NCBI GenBank assembly: GCA_002392275.1
Contig: DGGQ01000107.1
Span: forward strand, 3,781 to 67,780
DNA: 64,000 nt
Reading direction: 5' to 3'
Origin: Treponema sp. UBA3870
Lineage (GTDB): Bacteria; Spirochaetota; Spirochaetia; Treponematales; Treponemataceae
Positions 1-10,156 of the stretch are shown piece by piece. The translations under genes were made by a program, and so were the position numbers. How positions within the stretch are numbered: position 1 is the first letter of the stretch; the number at the start of each line of letters is the position of its first letter. The notes beneath the pieces are model-generated. The model did no database searches. It was not told the origin of the DNA and worked only from the letters and a program-made list of their open reading frames with translations.

Positions 1-209
1 CCCTCCTGTTCCATCCTGAATTTAATTGCAGAAACCGGGTCTGGGGCTTCAATCGGGAAATGTTCTTTTTCGTACAGCTCAACAAGAGCCACAAGAAGTT
101 CCAGTTCATCGGCCTCGCTCGTTCCCTGTTCGGCATCAAAGAGTTCATCTATTCTTTTGAGGGCATCATTATATTCCGCCTCAGTTTTGATAAGTTTGTT
201 GTAGGACAT
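1..209 (-). CDS. higA: HigA-like HTH antitoxin / transcriptional regulator (3' end outside window)
   Basis: Manual translation from ATG at 209 (GGAGG RBS upstream): MSYNKLIKTEAEYNDALKRIDELFDAEQGTSEADELELLVALVELYEKEHFPIEAPDPVSAIKFRMEQEG, typical HigA N-terminus; absent from the ORF track because it is truncated. Confidence 0.75.
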   Translation of the reverse strand, partial: MSYNKLIKTEAEYNDALKRIDELFDAEQGTSEADELELLVALVELYEKEHFPIEAPDPVSAIKFRMEQE

Positions 210-230
210 TATATTTCCTCCGCATACAGC

Positions 231-1331
231 TCAGCCAAGCAGCTTTTTGATTTTCTTCACATTTTGCTTTGTAAAATCGGAAAGCTCATACGACCGAATT
301 CGTTCTTTTACCATGTTGGGAACAACGAATCCGTTTTTTACAAGGACGGCCAAGCGGTTAATAATTGTCTTGTTCGTCACTCCAAATTCTTTGCTTACTT
401 CAATCGGTGTAAACTCTCTCTTATAATTTTCAATCAAAAACAAAAGCAGCTCTTTTTCTTTTCCCTTCAAGTATGACAAACTGCCTTCCAATTCCTTGCC
501 ACTTGAACTCTCCGAAAGCTCACACAGCTTGCTTGAATATAACAGAACCATCCGAAGAAAATAATGAAACCATATTTCAGGATGCGGCGGATTATCCCGG
601 CCTGAGTAATACAATGACGGTAAGCCCATTTGTATGGAATCATAGTATTCTTCTACGTCGTAAGCAAAGTATTCTTCCAATGAGCCAATGCCATTAAATC
701 CATAGCCGTTAACATCAAGGATATAGCCGGAAAGCAAACGCGCTGTTCTTCCGTTGCCATCTTCAAAAGGATGAATCGTAACCAATTGGTAATGGACGAC
801 TGCCGCTATAATCAGGGGATGGTCGTCCGTTGTGTTTACATATTCCACCAGTTCATCCAACAATTTTGGTATGTCAGTATACTCCGGCGGTATGTAATCA
901 GGGCTGCCTGTTTGAGAGTCGTACACCGCAAACAACACACCCGGCGGCATAGGTCCGCGTAGTCCAATCTTCTCTTTGGAAGCTCCTTTTTCTACGTATT
1001 TTTGGACATCCAGAATCAGCTTTTTTGAAAACTTTTCATTACGTTTTGCCATTTCCTCAAGATAGTTTAACGCAAGAAAATAGTTGCGCACTTCCTGTTC
1101 CGGCTTTAGATAATGCTTCCGTTCATCGCTTTCTATAACTTCATCCACCTGTTTTTCCGAAAGTGGATTTCCTTCTATTTTTGTCGAGGCATAGGAACTT
1201 TTTTTCTTTGAGTTCTTTCGGAGTTTGTTCACCGCAGCCCCCGAAAGTTTCACCGAAGACACTGCATATCTGTTTTTATCAATCTCCGTAATGTACTTCA
1301 ATATCTCATTTGTCAACGTTACTTTAATCAC
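231..1331 (-). CDS. Fic-family protein (AMPylase) with C-terminal HTH
   Basis: HPFEDGNGRTAR Fic motif; N-terminal STKIEGN autoinhibitory-type motif; C-terminal HTH (TPIEVSKEFGVTNKTIINRL). Confidence 0.92.
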   Translation of the reverse strand: MIKVTLTNEILKYITEIDKNRYAVSSVKLSGAAVNKLRKNSKKKSSYASTKIEGNPLSEKQVDEVIESDERKHYLKPEQEVRNYFLALNYLEEMAKRNEKFSKKLILDVQKYVEKGASKEKIGLRGPMPPGVLFAVYDSQTGSPDYIPPEYTDIPKLLDELVEYVNTTDDHPLIIAAVVHYQLVTIHPFEDGNGRTARLLSGYILDVNGYGFNGIGSLEEYFAYDVEEYYDSIQMGLPSLYYSGRDNPPHPEIWFHYFLRMVLLYSSKLCELSESSSGKELEGSLSYLKGKEKELLLFLIENYKREFTPIEVSKEFGVTNKTIINRLAVLVKNGFVVPNMVKERIRSYELSDFTKQNVKKIKKLLG

Positions 1332-1385
1332 AACATGCGTCTCCCGGCTCTAGTAATTATACCAAGCAAGGATTTTAGCGTCCAT

Positions 1386-1418
1386 TATTTTTACACTATT
1401 TTTACACTATTTTTACAC
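1386..1418. repeat. 11-bp tandem repeat TATTTTTACAC x3
   Basis: Three exact copies directly upstream of the fic gene. Confidence 0.9.
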
Positions 1419-1443
1419 TATTTTTTTCGATGAGGGTGTTTTT

Positions 1444-1731
1444 TTACGGATGATTTTTCATATAACCGTCTATGCTGTCCAGAATATAGTTTTTTCCTTG
1501 CGTATGAAGGATGTCGGCGTTGTCTGCAAGATAGGCTTGTTCTTCCAGATAATACTGATACACATACGCCGCCCCTTCGCGGTAAAGATAGGTTTCTTTA
1601 TCAATAATTTTTTCAAAGATGTTGGATGTATATAGTTTTCTCAATACCTCATCATATTCCACATTTTCGTCTTCCATTATGAATGCGGCAATTTCTTTTG
1701 TAGCGGAACGGCTTGCAGATTGAAAGGTCAA
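1444..1731 (-). pseudogene. Small hypothetical protein of the type found with DUF3791/DUF3990 cassettes, probably 5'-truncated
   Basis: IMEDENVEYDEVLRKLYTSNIFEKI...LYREGAAYVY pattern; no good start or RBS. Confidence 0.45.
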
Positions 1732-1736
1732 TTTCT

Positions 1737-1868
1737 TTAATCAATGACTTTGTTTTTATACAGATAGGAGAATGCTTCCTTTTTTGATATGTTATGGACA
1801 AAAGCAAAGCTGCTCACACATGCGACAGTGTAAGCAATTTTGTTATCCACAGCTTGATTCTGAACCAT
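1737..1868 (-). pseudogene. Truncated DUF3791-like protein
   Basis: GGGAGGA RBS then MVQNQAVDNKIAYTVACVSSFAFVHNISKKEAFSYLYKNKVID, stopping at 43 aa. Confidence 0.5.
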
Positions 1869-2038
1869 AACATCCTCCCGTTTGAGATCCGCTTCTATTA
1901 TATCACATCTCCCAATATGCTGACACCATAATTTATTGAATTGTTTCTGCTCGATGCCCTCAGCGTTTACCGAACAGTTCATTTCCCAGATGCGGTGGGA
2001 GTATCTTTGCAATCTGCTGGAAAGACATTTAAAAAATT

Positions 2039-2149
2039 AAACCCGCACACCATCTTGTAAGGGAAAGACGCTGTGCGGATTTAAAGACAAAAAAACGCCC
2101 GCCTCTGAAAATCTTATGCGGAGGGCACAATATTCCCAAAGGCAGACGT
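2039..2149 (-). ncRNA. Candidate structured RNA: two tandem G-U-rich hairpins
   Basis: Stems at 2095-2149 and 2039-2082 pair well on the minus strand using G-U wobbles; weak TTGCCA-17-TAATAA promoter at 2164-2192. Confidence 0.35.
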
Positions 2150-2300
2150 CTTCGTCAAAAATATTATTAGCAGAAAACTTGGATTTTGGCAAGTGCAGAA
2201 AACGGCGGATTATAAATTTTTGTTAAATTTTTTCAAAACCTTCCATATATATAGAATAATTAGTTATATTCTTAATGTCAAAAATAATTTGGAGGAAGCC

Positions 2301-3137
2301 ATGTCAGTTATTACACTTTCACATCTGCATAAAATCTATCCGCTGGGGAAACAGGATGTTGTCGCCGTCAAGGATGTTTCGTTTTCGGTAGAGAAGGGCG
2401 AGTTTGCTGCAATCTCCGGTCCATCCGGTTCAGGAAAATCTACTATATTAAACATGCTGGGGCTTATCGATGTTCCGTCTGGTGGTTCGATTAATATTGA
2501 TGGAATCGATGTGTACGCTGGTGTGAATCTTGCTGACGCGCAGATTAAAAATACACGCTGGGCCACGGATTCAAAGCAGAAAAAGCTTCGGTCCACCATT
2601 CCCGCCAAGCTGGACAAAAGGATAACCGGCCTCCGTCGCTCGCACCTTGGTTTTATCTTCCAGACCTTCAATCTGATTCCAGTTCTGAATGTGTATGAGA
2701 ATATCGAGTTTCCCCTCCTGATTAAATCCAAGAACAAGGAAGGCAAAAGTCCTGTCGATGATTTTTCAAAGGCGCAGAAAAAGGAATGGATTGACTATCT
2801 GATTGAAAAGGTTGGGCTTACTGAATGGAAGGACCACAAGTCAACCGAGCTTTCCGGTGGACAGAGACAGCGTGTTGCTATTGCGCGTGCCCTTGTGACA
2901 AAGGCTCCTGTTATTCTTGCGGACGAACCTACCGCCAACCTTGATTCCAAAAACAGCGCGCAGATTCTCTCCCTGATGAAGTCCCTGAACAAAGATCCGG
3001 AGCTTCAGACCACGTTCATTTTCTCGACACACGATTCAAGAATTGTTACTATGTGCGACCATGTTGTTCATCTTTTGGATGGCGAAATCACGCAGGACGA
3101 ACACAAGGCAGGTTCCGACATTTACGGGGAGGCTTGA
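2301..3137 (+). CDS. ABC transporter ATP-binding protein (LolD/MacB-like)
   Basis: GPSGSGKS Walker [27 protein letters not shown]; GGAGG RBS before ATG 2301. Confidence 0.93.
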   Translation: MSVITLSHLHKIYPLGKQDVVAVKDVSFSVEKGEFAAISGPSGSGKSTILNMLGLIDVPSGGSINIDGIDVYAGVNLADAQIKNTRWATDSKQKKLRSTIPAKLDKRITGLRRSHLGFIFQTFNLIPVLNVYENIEFPLLIKSKNKEGKSPVDDFSKAQKKEWIDYLIEKVGLTEWKDHKSTELSGGQRQRVAIARALVTKAPVILADEPTANLDSKNSAQILSLMKSLNKDPELQTTFIFSTHDSRIVTMCDHVVHLLDGEITQDEHKAGSDIYGEA

Positions 3138-3143
3138 CGGAAA

Positions 3144-4691
3144 ATGAAAGTAATTTTTCAGCTTGCGCTCCGCAATCTGAAGGAGCATAAGGCAAAATCC
3201 ATAATCGTTTCGCTGTTCATTATTTTTGGCGTGGCGATTGTCATTCTGGGAAACTCATTTCTTGAATCAATAAACCGTGGACTGGAAAAAGATTTCCGTG
3301 CGAACTACACTGGCGACATAACAATTTCTGCTAACATGCCCGATGGAATGAAGGCGGACATATTTATGGCGACCAGCGGAACTTTTGATGGAACCCTTCC
3401 CCAGACACCCGCGCTTCTCGATATTGACGAGGTTGAAAAAGTCCTTGACGAAAGCGGTCTTATTTCTGGACGCACAAGAATGATTTCCACACGCGGAATT
3501 ATGATGAAGGGTGAGGAAATCGATTTGGCGGTCCTCATGTCGGATGATTCGGTCAACATTGCGGACATTCCGGTTTTTATGATGTTTGCCGGCGAGGAGG
3601 ATTCGTATTTCTCATTGTTCAGCGGACAGCACATTGTCGAGGGAAGCGCGATTGACTATTCGTCATCGGAAAACCAGCTTTTGATTGACACAAGAATCAA
3701 GAGCAGCTTTGAAAACTTTTTCAAAAAGACGCTGAATGTCGGCGACTCCGTTTTGGTCATGGGAGCAAACACTGATGGCGTAATTCGTGAGGCGAAGGTT
3801 GTCGGTTTCTATACCCCAGCCAATGAGTACAGCGCGATGTTCCAGACAATCTACTGCAATCCGTCTTTTGCACGTGCGTTTGCCGATTTGACTTATGGCG
3901 CAATTTTGGACAGCGAGAGCGCAAAAAACTTTGATGAAGAAATCTGGAGCGCGGACGAGTCTGATTTGTTTGGCGACGAGTTTTTTGATGACATGATTAG
4001 CGACGAGACGGACTCCTTTGTTTCTGGCGGCGATATTGATTTCAACAACATTCTTGGCGACATCACTTTGCGTGACGAACTTAACAGGACGGACAACGGT
4101 TCATGGCATTTTGTCCAGGCAAAATTTAAGAACGGTGTTGATGCGGACAAGGCAATCAAGGAACTCAATGCGAAGTTCAAGGAGCTTGGTATTGATGCGA
4201 ATGCGATGGGATGGGAAACTGCCGCTGCCTCATATACAAAGACGGTTGCCGGAATCAATGTTTTCTTCAATATACTTGTGGTGGTTCTTGCGATTGTTGT
4301 TTTCATAATCATAATGAACACGATGACCATTTCCATTATCGAACGTACATCCGAGATTGGAACCATGCGTGCTCTGGGTGCGGAAAAATCTTTTGTAAGG
4401 ACTCTGTTTTTTACCGAGGCTTCGTCCATAACAATTGTGTCGGCATTCATTGGAATTGTTCTCGGATTTGTGATTATGGGAATATTCAACAGTCTCAACC
4501 TGAGTGTGGGCGACAACATGATTGCCAAAGTAATTTTGGGTGGAGGACAGCTGCACTTTAGTCCGACCCCCGCAATCATTTTTATTTCATTCTTCGGTGT
4601 GGCGATTGGAAGTCTTTTGAGCAATATCTATCCGGTTTCTTCCGCACTCAGGATTACACCTTTAAAAGCGTTGTCAAAGGGGGGTGAGTAG
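3144..4691 (+). CDS. FtsX/LolE-type ABC permease
   Basis: LALRNL N-terminus, ERTSEIGTMRALG motif, C-terminal TM helices. Confidence 0.9.
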   Translation: MKVIFQLALRNLKEHKAKSIIVSLFIIFGVAIVILGNSFLESINRGLEKDFRANYTGDITISANMPDGMKADIFMATSGTFDGTLPQTPALLDIDEVEKVLDESGLISGRTRMISTRGIMMKGEEIDLAVLMSDDSVNIADIPVFMMFAGEEDSYFSLFSGQHIVEGSAIDYSSSENQLLIDTRIKSSFENFFKKTLNVGDSVLVMGANTDGVIREAKVVGFYTPANEYSAMFQTIYCNPSFARAFADLTYGAILDSESAKNFDEEIWSADESDLFGDEFFDDMISDETDSFVSGGDIDFNNILGDITLRDELNRTDNGSWHFVQAKFKNGVDADKAIKELNAKFKELGIDANAMGWETAAASYTKTVAGINVFFNILVVVLAIVVFIIIMNTMTISIIERTSEIGTMRALGAEKSFVRTLFFTEASSITIVSAFIGIVLGFVIMGIFNSLNLSVGDNMIAKVILGGGQLHFSPTPAIIFISFFGVAIGSLLSNIYPVSSALRITPLKALSKGGE

Positions 4692-6045
4692 AATGCAGCT
4701 TTTTAAATTGGCTTTGAGAAATCTTTCACGCAGCAAAAGACGAAACGTCATTCTTGGGATTGCCGTGGCGTTTGGATTTTTTGTTGTGACTGCCGTTGAC
4801 GGATTGACAAGCGGTGCGGTTTCAAATCTTGAGGACCAGATTACGCAGATGCTTGGCGGAACGGTTCTCGCATCCGGCTATGAAAAAATCACCGAAAAAA
4901 ATGACGAGGGCGGTCTCATTGCTGGAAACGATGTTGTCCCAATCATCCGCGACCATGACTATCTGATTAAAAAAGTTGAGTCGCTCGGAATCAATTACAA
5001 ATATATCTCGCACTACACGAACTCCACCGGGCAGGTCATTTTTAACGGGAAAAAAGTTTTGACCACAACCCTTGGACGTGATTTTGAGACGGACAAAAGT
5101 TTTCTTGATTCGCTCCAGATTGTTGAGGGCGATTTGGAAAATCTCAAGGATCCGGCATCCTTGATTATTGGAAAAAACATGGCCGACGCGCTCAAGGTCC
5201 ACGTTGGAGACACGGTTCTTTATCTGACAAGCACAATTTATGGACAGAACGAGGTTGGAGAATTCAAGGTTGCTCTAATCAACAGGGACTCAAGTTTTAT
5301 CAGCGGAATGATGACTTACACTAACATCGAGACACTGAACAAGCTGATTGAAATCCCCGAGGGCGGGTACAACTTTTTTTCAATCTATCTGAAGGACAAA
5401 AACCAGCAGAACAGGGTCGCTCTTCTTTTGCAGGACGCAATCAAAAAGGACGGACAGAATGTTGCGGACCTCAGGCTTGCGCGTCAGACCAATCCTTCAA
5501 ATGTGGAGCGTGGACTGAACAAGCAGCTTCTTGGGGAAGAAAATTCGTGGGAGGGCGTGAAGTACGTCGTCGAAAGTCTTGACGATGGTGCGCCCGCATT
5601 GAAGACGGCCATGAACATTGTGCATCTTGTGACAACAATTATTTTGATTGTGATTCTGCTGATTGTAATGGTCGGTGTGTCGAACACATACAGGATGGTG
5701 CTTTACGAAAGAATCCGCGAAATTGGAACCATGCGTGCTTTGGGCATGACAGGAAAGGACACCGGAAAGACATTTACTCTGGAGGCAATCGCGCTGTGCG
5801 TAATCGGTGCGTTCGCGGGATTTGTCTTTGCAATAATATTTATGTCGTTTCTTGGAATCCCAAAATTTTCCAAGGAGTCGGTACAGTTCTTCCTGCACAA
5901 CGGTCACATGAGTTTCACGCTTTCGCCGTTCTCGATTTTGGTCCAGTACATATTGATGATAATTCTTACATCGCTCGCTGTACGTGGAACCGCCAAAAAG
6001 GCTGCAAGAATGAGTCCCGCCGAGGCTTTGCGGTCAGTAAAATAA
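4684..6045 (+). CDS. FtsX/LolE-type ABC permease (second subunit)
   Basis: LALRNLSRSKRR, ERIREIGTMRALG, SPAEALR end; start may be 4693. Confidence 0.9.
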   Translation: MSRMQLFKLALRNLSRSKRRNVILGIAVAFGFFVVTAVDGLTSGAVSNLEDQITQMLGGTVLASGYEKITEKNDEGGLIAGNDVVPIIRDHDYLIKKVESLGINYKYISHYTNSTGQVIFNGKKVLTTTLGRDFETDKSFLDSLQIVEGDLENLKDPASLIIGKNMADALKVHVGDTVLYLTSTIYGQNEVGEFKVALINRDSSFISGMMTYTNIETLNKLIEIPEGGYNFFSIYLKDKNQQNRVALLLQDAIKKDGQNVADLRLARQTNPSNVERGLNKQLLGEENSWEGVKYVVESLDDGAPALKTAMNIVHLVTTIILIVILLIVMVGVSNTYRMVLYERIREIGTMRALGMTGKDTGKTFTLEAIALCVIGAFAGFVFAIIFMSFLGIPKFSKESVQFFLHNGHMSFTLSPFSILVQYILMIILTSLAVRGTAKKAARMSPAEALRSVK

Positions 6046-6117
6046 AATGTCGGAATGTAACTAAAAGGTGGCGGAAACTGTTTAATTTTTGTCGAACTAT
6101 TTTTTGGAGGAACTGAT

Positions 6118-6900
6118 ATGAAATCTTCTATTAATTACAGATTTTTTTTGGCTTCTGTGATTGTCGCAATTTTTTCAACGGTGGCTCTGTTTGCGCAGGT
6201 TGATTCAAAGACTGCCGAAAAGGCGTACAAGCTGATGGAACAGACGAGCGACATCCTTGTTTACCACGGCGACTATTCCGCTACGATTACTCTTACAATT
6301 CAAAAACCGGGCAAGGCCGTCCAGAATTTGAAGTACAAGGTCTTCCAGCGCACCGAAAAGGATTTGATGACAATCGTTCAGCTTTACCCTGAGGCGGACA
6401 AGGGTACTGGCTATCTGCGTGATGGTGACAATATTTGGGCTTACGACCCAATCAGTAGAAAATACACTCATTCGTCATTGAAGGACGCACTTGGTGAATC
6501 TGATTTGAACATTGACGACGTGGACCAGACCAAAGAGGACTGGAGAAAAAACTATGCCGTTGAAAAATTTGAGGAAAGCACTCTCGGAAAATATCCTGTC
6601 TATGTTGTGACTTTGACAGCAAAAACCTCCAAGCCTGCCTATGCGAAAAGTGTCTTCTATATCCGCAAAGACATTCCGCTCACGTTGAAGGAGGAAGACT
6701 ATTCCGGCTCCGGCAGATTGATGCGCACTGTGCTTATTCCAAAATACACAAAGGTTCCGGCTGGCTATGTCCCAACCCAGATGACTTTGCGTGACGAGCT
6801 TAACAAGGGCGAGCAGACATCGGAGGAGATTTCCGATTTGAATTTCAACAAACTGCCTGACTCGATTTTTACAAAGGCATATCTTGAAGGATTGAATTGA
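6118..6900 (+). CDS. Outer-membrane lipoprotein-sorting protein (LolA-like fold)
   Basis: Signal peptide, DKGTGYLRDGDNIW motif, F...IFTKAYLE C-terminus; follows the permeases. Confidence 0.8.
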   Translation: MKSSINYRFFLASVIVAIFSTVALFAQVDSKTAEKAYKLMEQTSDILVYHGDYSATITLTIQKPGKAVQNLKYKVFQRTEKDLMTIVQLYPEADKGTGYLRDGDNIWAYDPISRKYTHSSLKDALGESDLNIDDVDQTKEDWRKNYAVEKFEESTLGKYPVYVVTLTAKTSKPAYAKSVFYIRKDIPLTLKEEDYSGSGRLMRTVLIPKYTKVPAGYVPTQMTLRDELNKGEQTSEEISDLNFNKLPDSIFTKAYLEGLN

Positions 6901-8546
6901 TGAAAAAAAGATTTCCTTGTGTTTTGGTTCTTTGTCTGGCTGTGGCCACTGCATTTTCCCAGGACATGGATTTTTCTGGTGAGGATTTTTCTGAAGAAGA
7001 TTTTTTTTCGCTCGATGAATCCACCGGGTCCACCGAATCTACATGGGAAGATGATTTTGCCTACTCCGATGAGGACTTTTTTGGCAGCTCCGATGACGAT
7101 TTTTTTCAGGACGACGGTATTGAGGAGCTTGTTGTCCTTGATGAAAAGTCTTCCGCCATGGCACAGGGAACTCTTTTTGAAATTGGCAGCGTTAGGGTCG
7201 GTGGAAGTTTTGACACTGGACTTTCGTTTTTTGTTCCGCTTTTCCGTGAGGATGATAATAAAAATTTTGGCGAGCGGCTTGGTGACAGCAGACTGAAACC
7301 ATCCGCAGGTGCGAGTCTTTTTATTGATGCCCGACCGACTTCGACTTTGCGTCTCTACACAAAATTTGGAATCAACTATCCGTACAAGGACAGCGTTGGG
7401 GTCTCGATGTCCACGCAGAATCTGGATATAAACACGGAGCTGCCGGAAGGAACTACGCCAACAGTTCCCGATGGTGTGCCTGATGAATGGAGGGACTGGA
7501 TTGAAAATCTTACGAACGGTGCAAGCCTTTCAAATCTTCCGTCGTCTTTGGCCATGCCGAATTTTTCAATCACGAACTGGCTTTATCTGAAAGAACTTTT
7601 CACTGATTTTTCAATCGCCGACAGAGTGTTTTTTAGATTCGGACTGCACACTGTTTCATGGGGCGCAGGTTTTTTCTTTAGCCCTGTTTCCGATATGATT
7701 AACACATCCTCAATCGACCCTGAGCATACCGACTTGCAGGTTGATGGAAGTCTGAATCTGAGGACACAGATTACTTTTCCCGACTCGCAGAACTGTCTTT
7801 GGCTTTACGTTGTTCCATCGACCAAAACCTATATGCCGGAATTCTCGTCGCCGGAGGATGCTCAGAACGGAAGCCTCAACGAATACATGGACGACGCACT
7901 CTATCCAAATCTTATGAAGGAGATTGCTTTCGCCGGAAAAATGGATGTGGTGGTCTCCAACTGGGAACTTGGATTTGGCGGCGTATTTAAATATCAGAGC
8001 GCACCAAAACTTATGGCAACTGCGAGCGGAAGCATTATAAATGGAAAGGTCGGTGTCTTTGGCGAATTGGTTTTGGACTACGGAAGCCAGACCCAGTGGA
8101 ATGAAAATCCTGAGTGGGGTTCAAAGGATTTGATTTTCCAGGGAACGGTCGGCGCAATGTACATGTGGGCAAAACCTCAGATTACATTCATGGGGCAATA
8201 CTATTTTGACAGCAACAAGGACGACCATGAGTTTTCAACTTACGGAAACAATCTTGCTTTGACCGTGAACTTTGCGAAACTTGGCGAAACAAATTTAAAT
8301 CTCGCTCTCTTTGGTCTGTTCTATTTTGGAAAAACAAATATGACAAGTTTCTCCGATGCCATGGAAAAAATGGGAAGCGGAAAAGCGTTCATGCCCTACG
8401 CTGGTATACTTTCTGCCACGCTCACATGGAATCCAATTTCTGTTTTGAACATTTCGGCGGGACCATATATCACCTGGCTGGACATGGGAAAAGCTCCGGA
8501 CGTTTCGTTTAGATTTGGAATAACATTGGGCGGAGGAAAATTCTAA
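6897..8546 (+). CDS. Exported protein, probable outer-membrane beta-barrel of the ABC operon
   Basis: Signal peptide, acidic N-terminal stretch, amphipathic beta strands, terminal Phe. Confidence 0.65.
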   Translation: MMKKRFPCVLVLCLAVATAFSQDMDFSGEDFSEEDFFSLDESTGSTESTWEDDFAYSDEDFFGSSDDDFFQDDGIEELVVLDEKSSAMAQGTLFEIGSVRVGGSFDTGLSFFVPLFREDDNKNFGERLGDSRLKPSAGASLFIDARPTSTLRLYTKFGINYPYKDSVGVSMSTQNLDINTELPEGTTPTVPDGVPDEWRDWIENLTNGASLSNLPSSLAMPNFSITNWLYLKELFTDFSIADRVFFRFGLHTVSWGAGFFFSPVSDMINTSSIDPEHTDLQVDGSLNLRTQITFPDSQNCLWLYVVPSTKTYMPEFSSPEDAQNGSLNEYMDDALYPNLMKEIAFAGKMDVVVSNWELGFGGVFKYQSAPKLMATASGSIINGKVGVFGELVLDYGSQTQWNENPEWGSKDLIFQGTVGAMYMWAKPQITFMGQYYFDSNKDDHEFSTYGNNLALTVNFAKLGETNLNLALFGLFYFGKTNMTSFSDAMEKMGSGKAFMPYAGILSATLTWNPISVLNISAGPYITWLDMGKAPDVSFRFGITLGGGKF

Positions 8547-8569
8547 ACGTCAAAATCCACATTCAAGTC

Positions 8570-8598
8570 TTGAAATATAATTTTGGTTGTTCTATAAT
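8570..8598 (+). promoter_or_regulatory. Sigma70 promoter of the lipoprotein/rSAM operon
   Basis: TTGAAA-17 nt-TATAAT. Confidence 0.65.
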
Positions 8599-8630
8599 TA
8601 AATTAGACTTAATGAATTTGAGGAAGGACT

Positions 8631-9035
8631 ATGAAAGTTTTGAAGGACAAGATTTTTAGAACCGTCGCTACTTTTCTTGCTGCCTGCGGTGTCTCGACTT
8701 ATTTTACTGCCTGCTATGGAATGCCTGTCAATTTTGATACTTCCACTGATTTTAAATTCCACGTTGTAGGCGATGCCAATGGTGATGGAGCAAAAACAAA
8801 TCTTGGTGGAATTGAAATCTCTTCGTCCGTTGCCATGGAAAAATCACACACGCGTGCAGATGGAAAGGCCCTTTTGTCAACACAGTATTCCGGTCCGAAT
8901 ATTTCATTTGAAATCAAGGATGTCGATGGCCCTGAAAATGGAAGCTTCAAAACAAAGACCTATACTTTGCCCGATGGATTTTGCCTTGATGATACAATTG
9001 AAATAGAGCTTGAACCAGGGACGGACGAAAATTAA
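8631..9035 (+). CDS. Radical-SAM-associated putative lipoprotein (TIGR04134-like)
   Basis: Lipobox FTAC followed by YGMP; DVDGPENGSF motif; directly upstream of the rSAM gene. Confidence 0.8.
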   Translation: MKVLKDKIFRTVATFLAACGVSTYFTACYGMPVNFDTSTDFKFHVVGDANGDGAKTNLGGIEISSSVAMEKSHTRADGKALLSTQYSGPNISFEIKDVDGPENGSFKTKTYTLPDGFCLDDTIEIELEPGTDEN

Positions 9036-9048
9036 AAGGGACACCAAA

Positions 9049-10155
9049 ATGGATTTTCCCGTTTGGTTCAAAAGATTTATTTTTCTTCGATACAGAAAAC
9101 ATGCAATAAAAAATCACCGTCTGGACTATCTTTTTTGGGAATGTACTCTCCGATGTAATCTCTCGTGTCTGCATTGCGGGAGCGACTGTACAAAAAAAGG
9201 TGGCGTAAAAGAAATGTCTGTTGAGGATTTTTCAAAAGTCCTCGATGACATAAAGGAGCGCAATCCTGTAAAAAATTTGGCGGTCTGCATAACGGGCGGC
9301 GAACCTCTTGTCCGAATCGATTTGGAAGATGCCGGAAGAGAAATTGTGAAAAGGGGATTCCGCTGGGGCATTGTCACAAACGGACTTTTGTTCACCGCTG
9401 AACGATTTGTTTCACTTCTCAACGCAGGTTTAACATCATTGAGTTTTAGTCTGGATGGATTTGAAAAGGAACACAATCATCTTAGGCAAAACTCCGCGTC
9501 ATTTGGAAAAGTGGTTTTTGCAATCAACACAGTTTTGGACTTTCAAAAAAAATATCCTCGGCGTGTCGTGTTTGATATAATCACCTGTGTGCATAAAGGA
9601 AATCTTGAATCATTGCGTGAGTTCAGGGATTTTTTGATTGATTTGGGTGTCGAGCGTTGGAGGATATTTTCAATTTTTCCAGAAGGCCGCGCACGTGAAA
9701 ATGATTTGTCGTTGAATCCGAAAGAGTACAGGCAGCTGATGGATTTTATTGTCGAGACCCGTGGATATAAAAATCAAGATGGAAAATCAATACACCTGAA
9801 TTATTCGTGCGAAGGATATCTTGGAAAATATGAATTAAAAGCCAGGGACCATTTTTTCTTTTGTCGTGGAGGAATCAGCATTGGTTCTGTCTGGTGCAAT
9901 GGAAATGTCGGGGCATGTCTGAGTGTCCGCTCCCCGGATTTGATTCAGGGAAATATTTACGAAGAAAAATTCATGGACATCTGGAACAACAAATTTCAAA
10001 ACATGCGCGACCGTGGATGGGCTAAAATTGGAAAGTGTGCGGAATGCAAAAAATGGAAACTCTGCATGGGAAATGGAATGCACCTTCATCAAAATCTGAC
10101 TGGCGATGTTGACCGCTGCAATTATGGAATCCTGTGTTCCGCGAAGGAGGAATAA
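9049..10155 (+). CDS. Radical SAM/SPASM enzyme (TIGR04133-like, rSAM/lipoprotein system)
   Basis: LFWECTLRCNLSCLHCGSDC CxxxCxxC motif, ITGGEP, SPASM cysteines including CAECKKWKLCMGNG. Confidence 0.88.
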   Translation: MDFPVWFKRFIFLRYRKHAIKNHRLDYLFWECTLRCNLSCLHCGSDCTKKGGVKEMSVEDFSKVLDDIKERNPVKNLAVCITGGEPLVRIDLEDAGREIVKRGFRWGIVTNGLLFTAERFVSLLNAGLTSLSFSLDGFEKEHNHLRQNSASFGKVVFAINTVLDFQKKYPRRVVFDIITCVHKGNLESLREFRDFLIDLGVERWRIFSIFPEGRARENDLSLNPKEYRQLMDFIVETRGYKNQDGKSIHLNYSCEGYLGKYELKARDHFFFCRGGISIGSVWCNGNVGACLSVRSPDLIQGNIYEEKFMDIWNNKFQNMRDRGWAKIGKCAECKKWKLCMGNGMHLHQNLTGDVDRCNYGILCSAKEE

Positions 10156-10156
10156 A

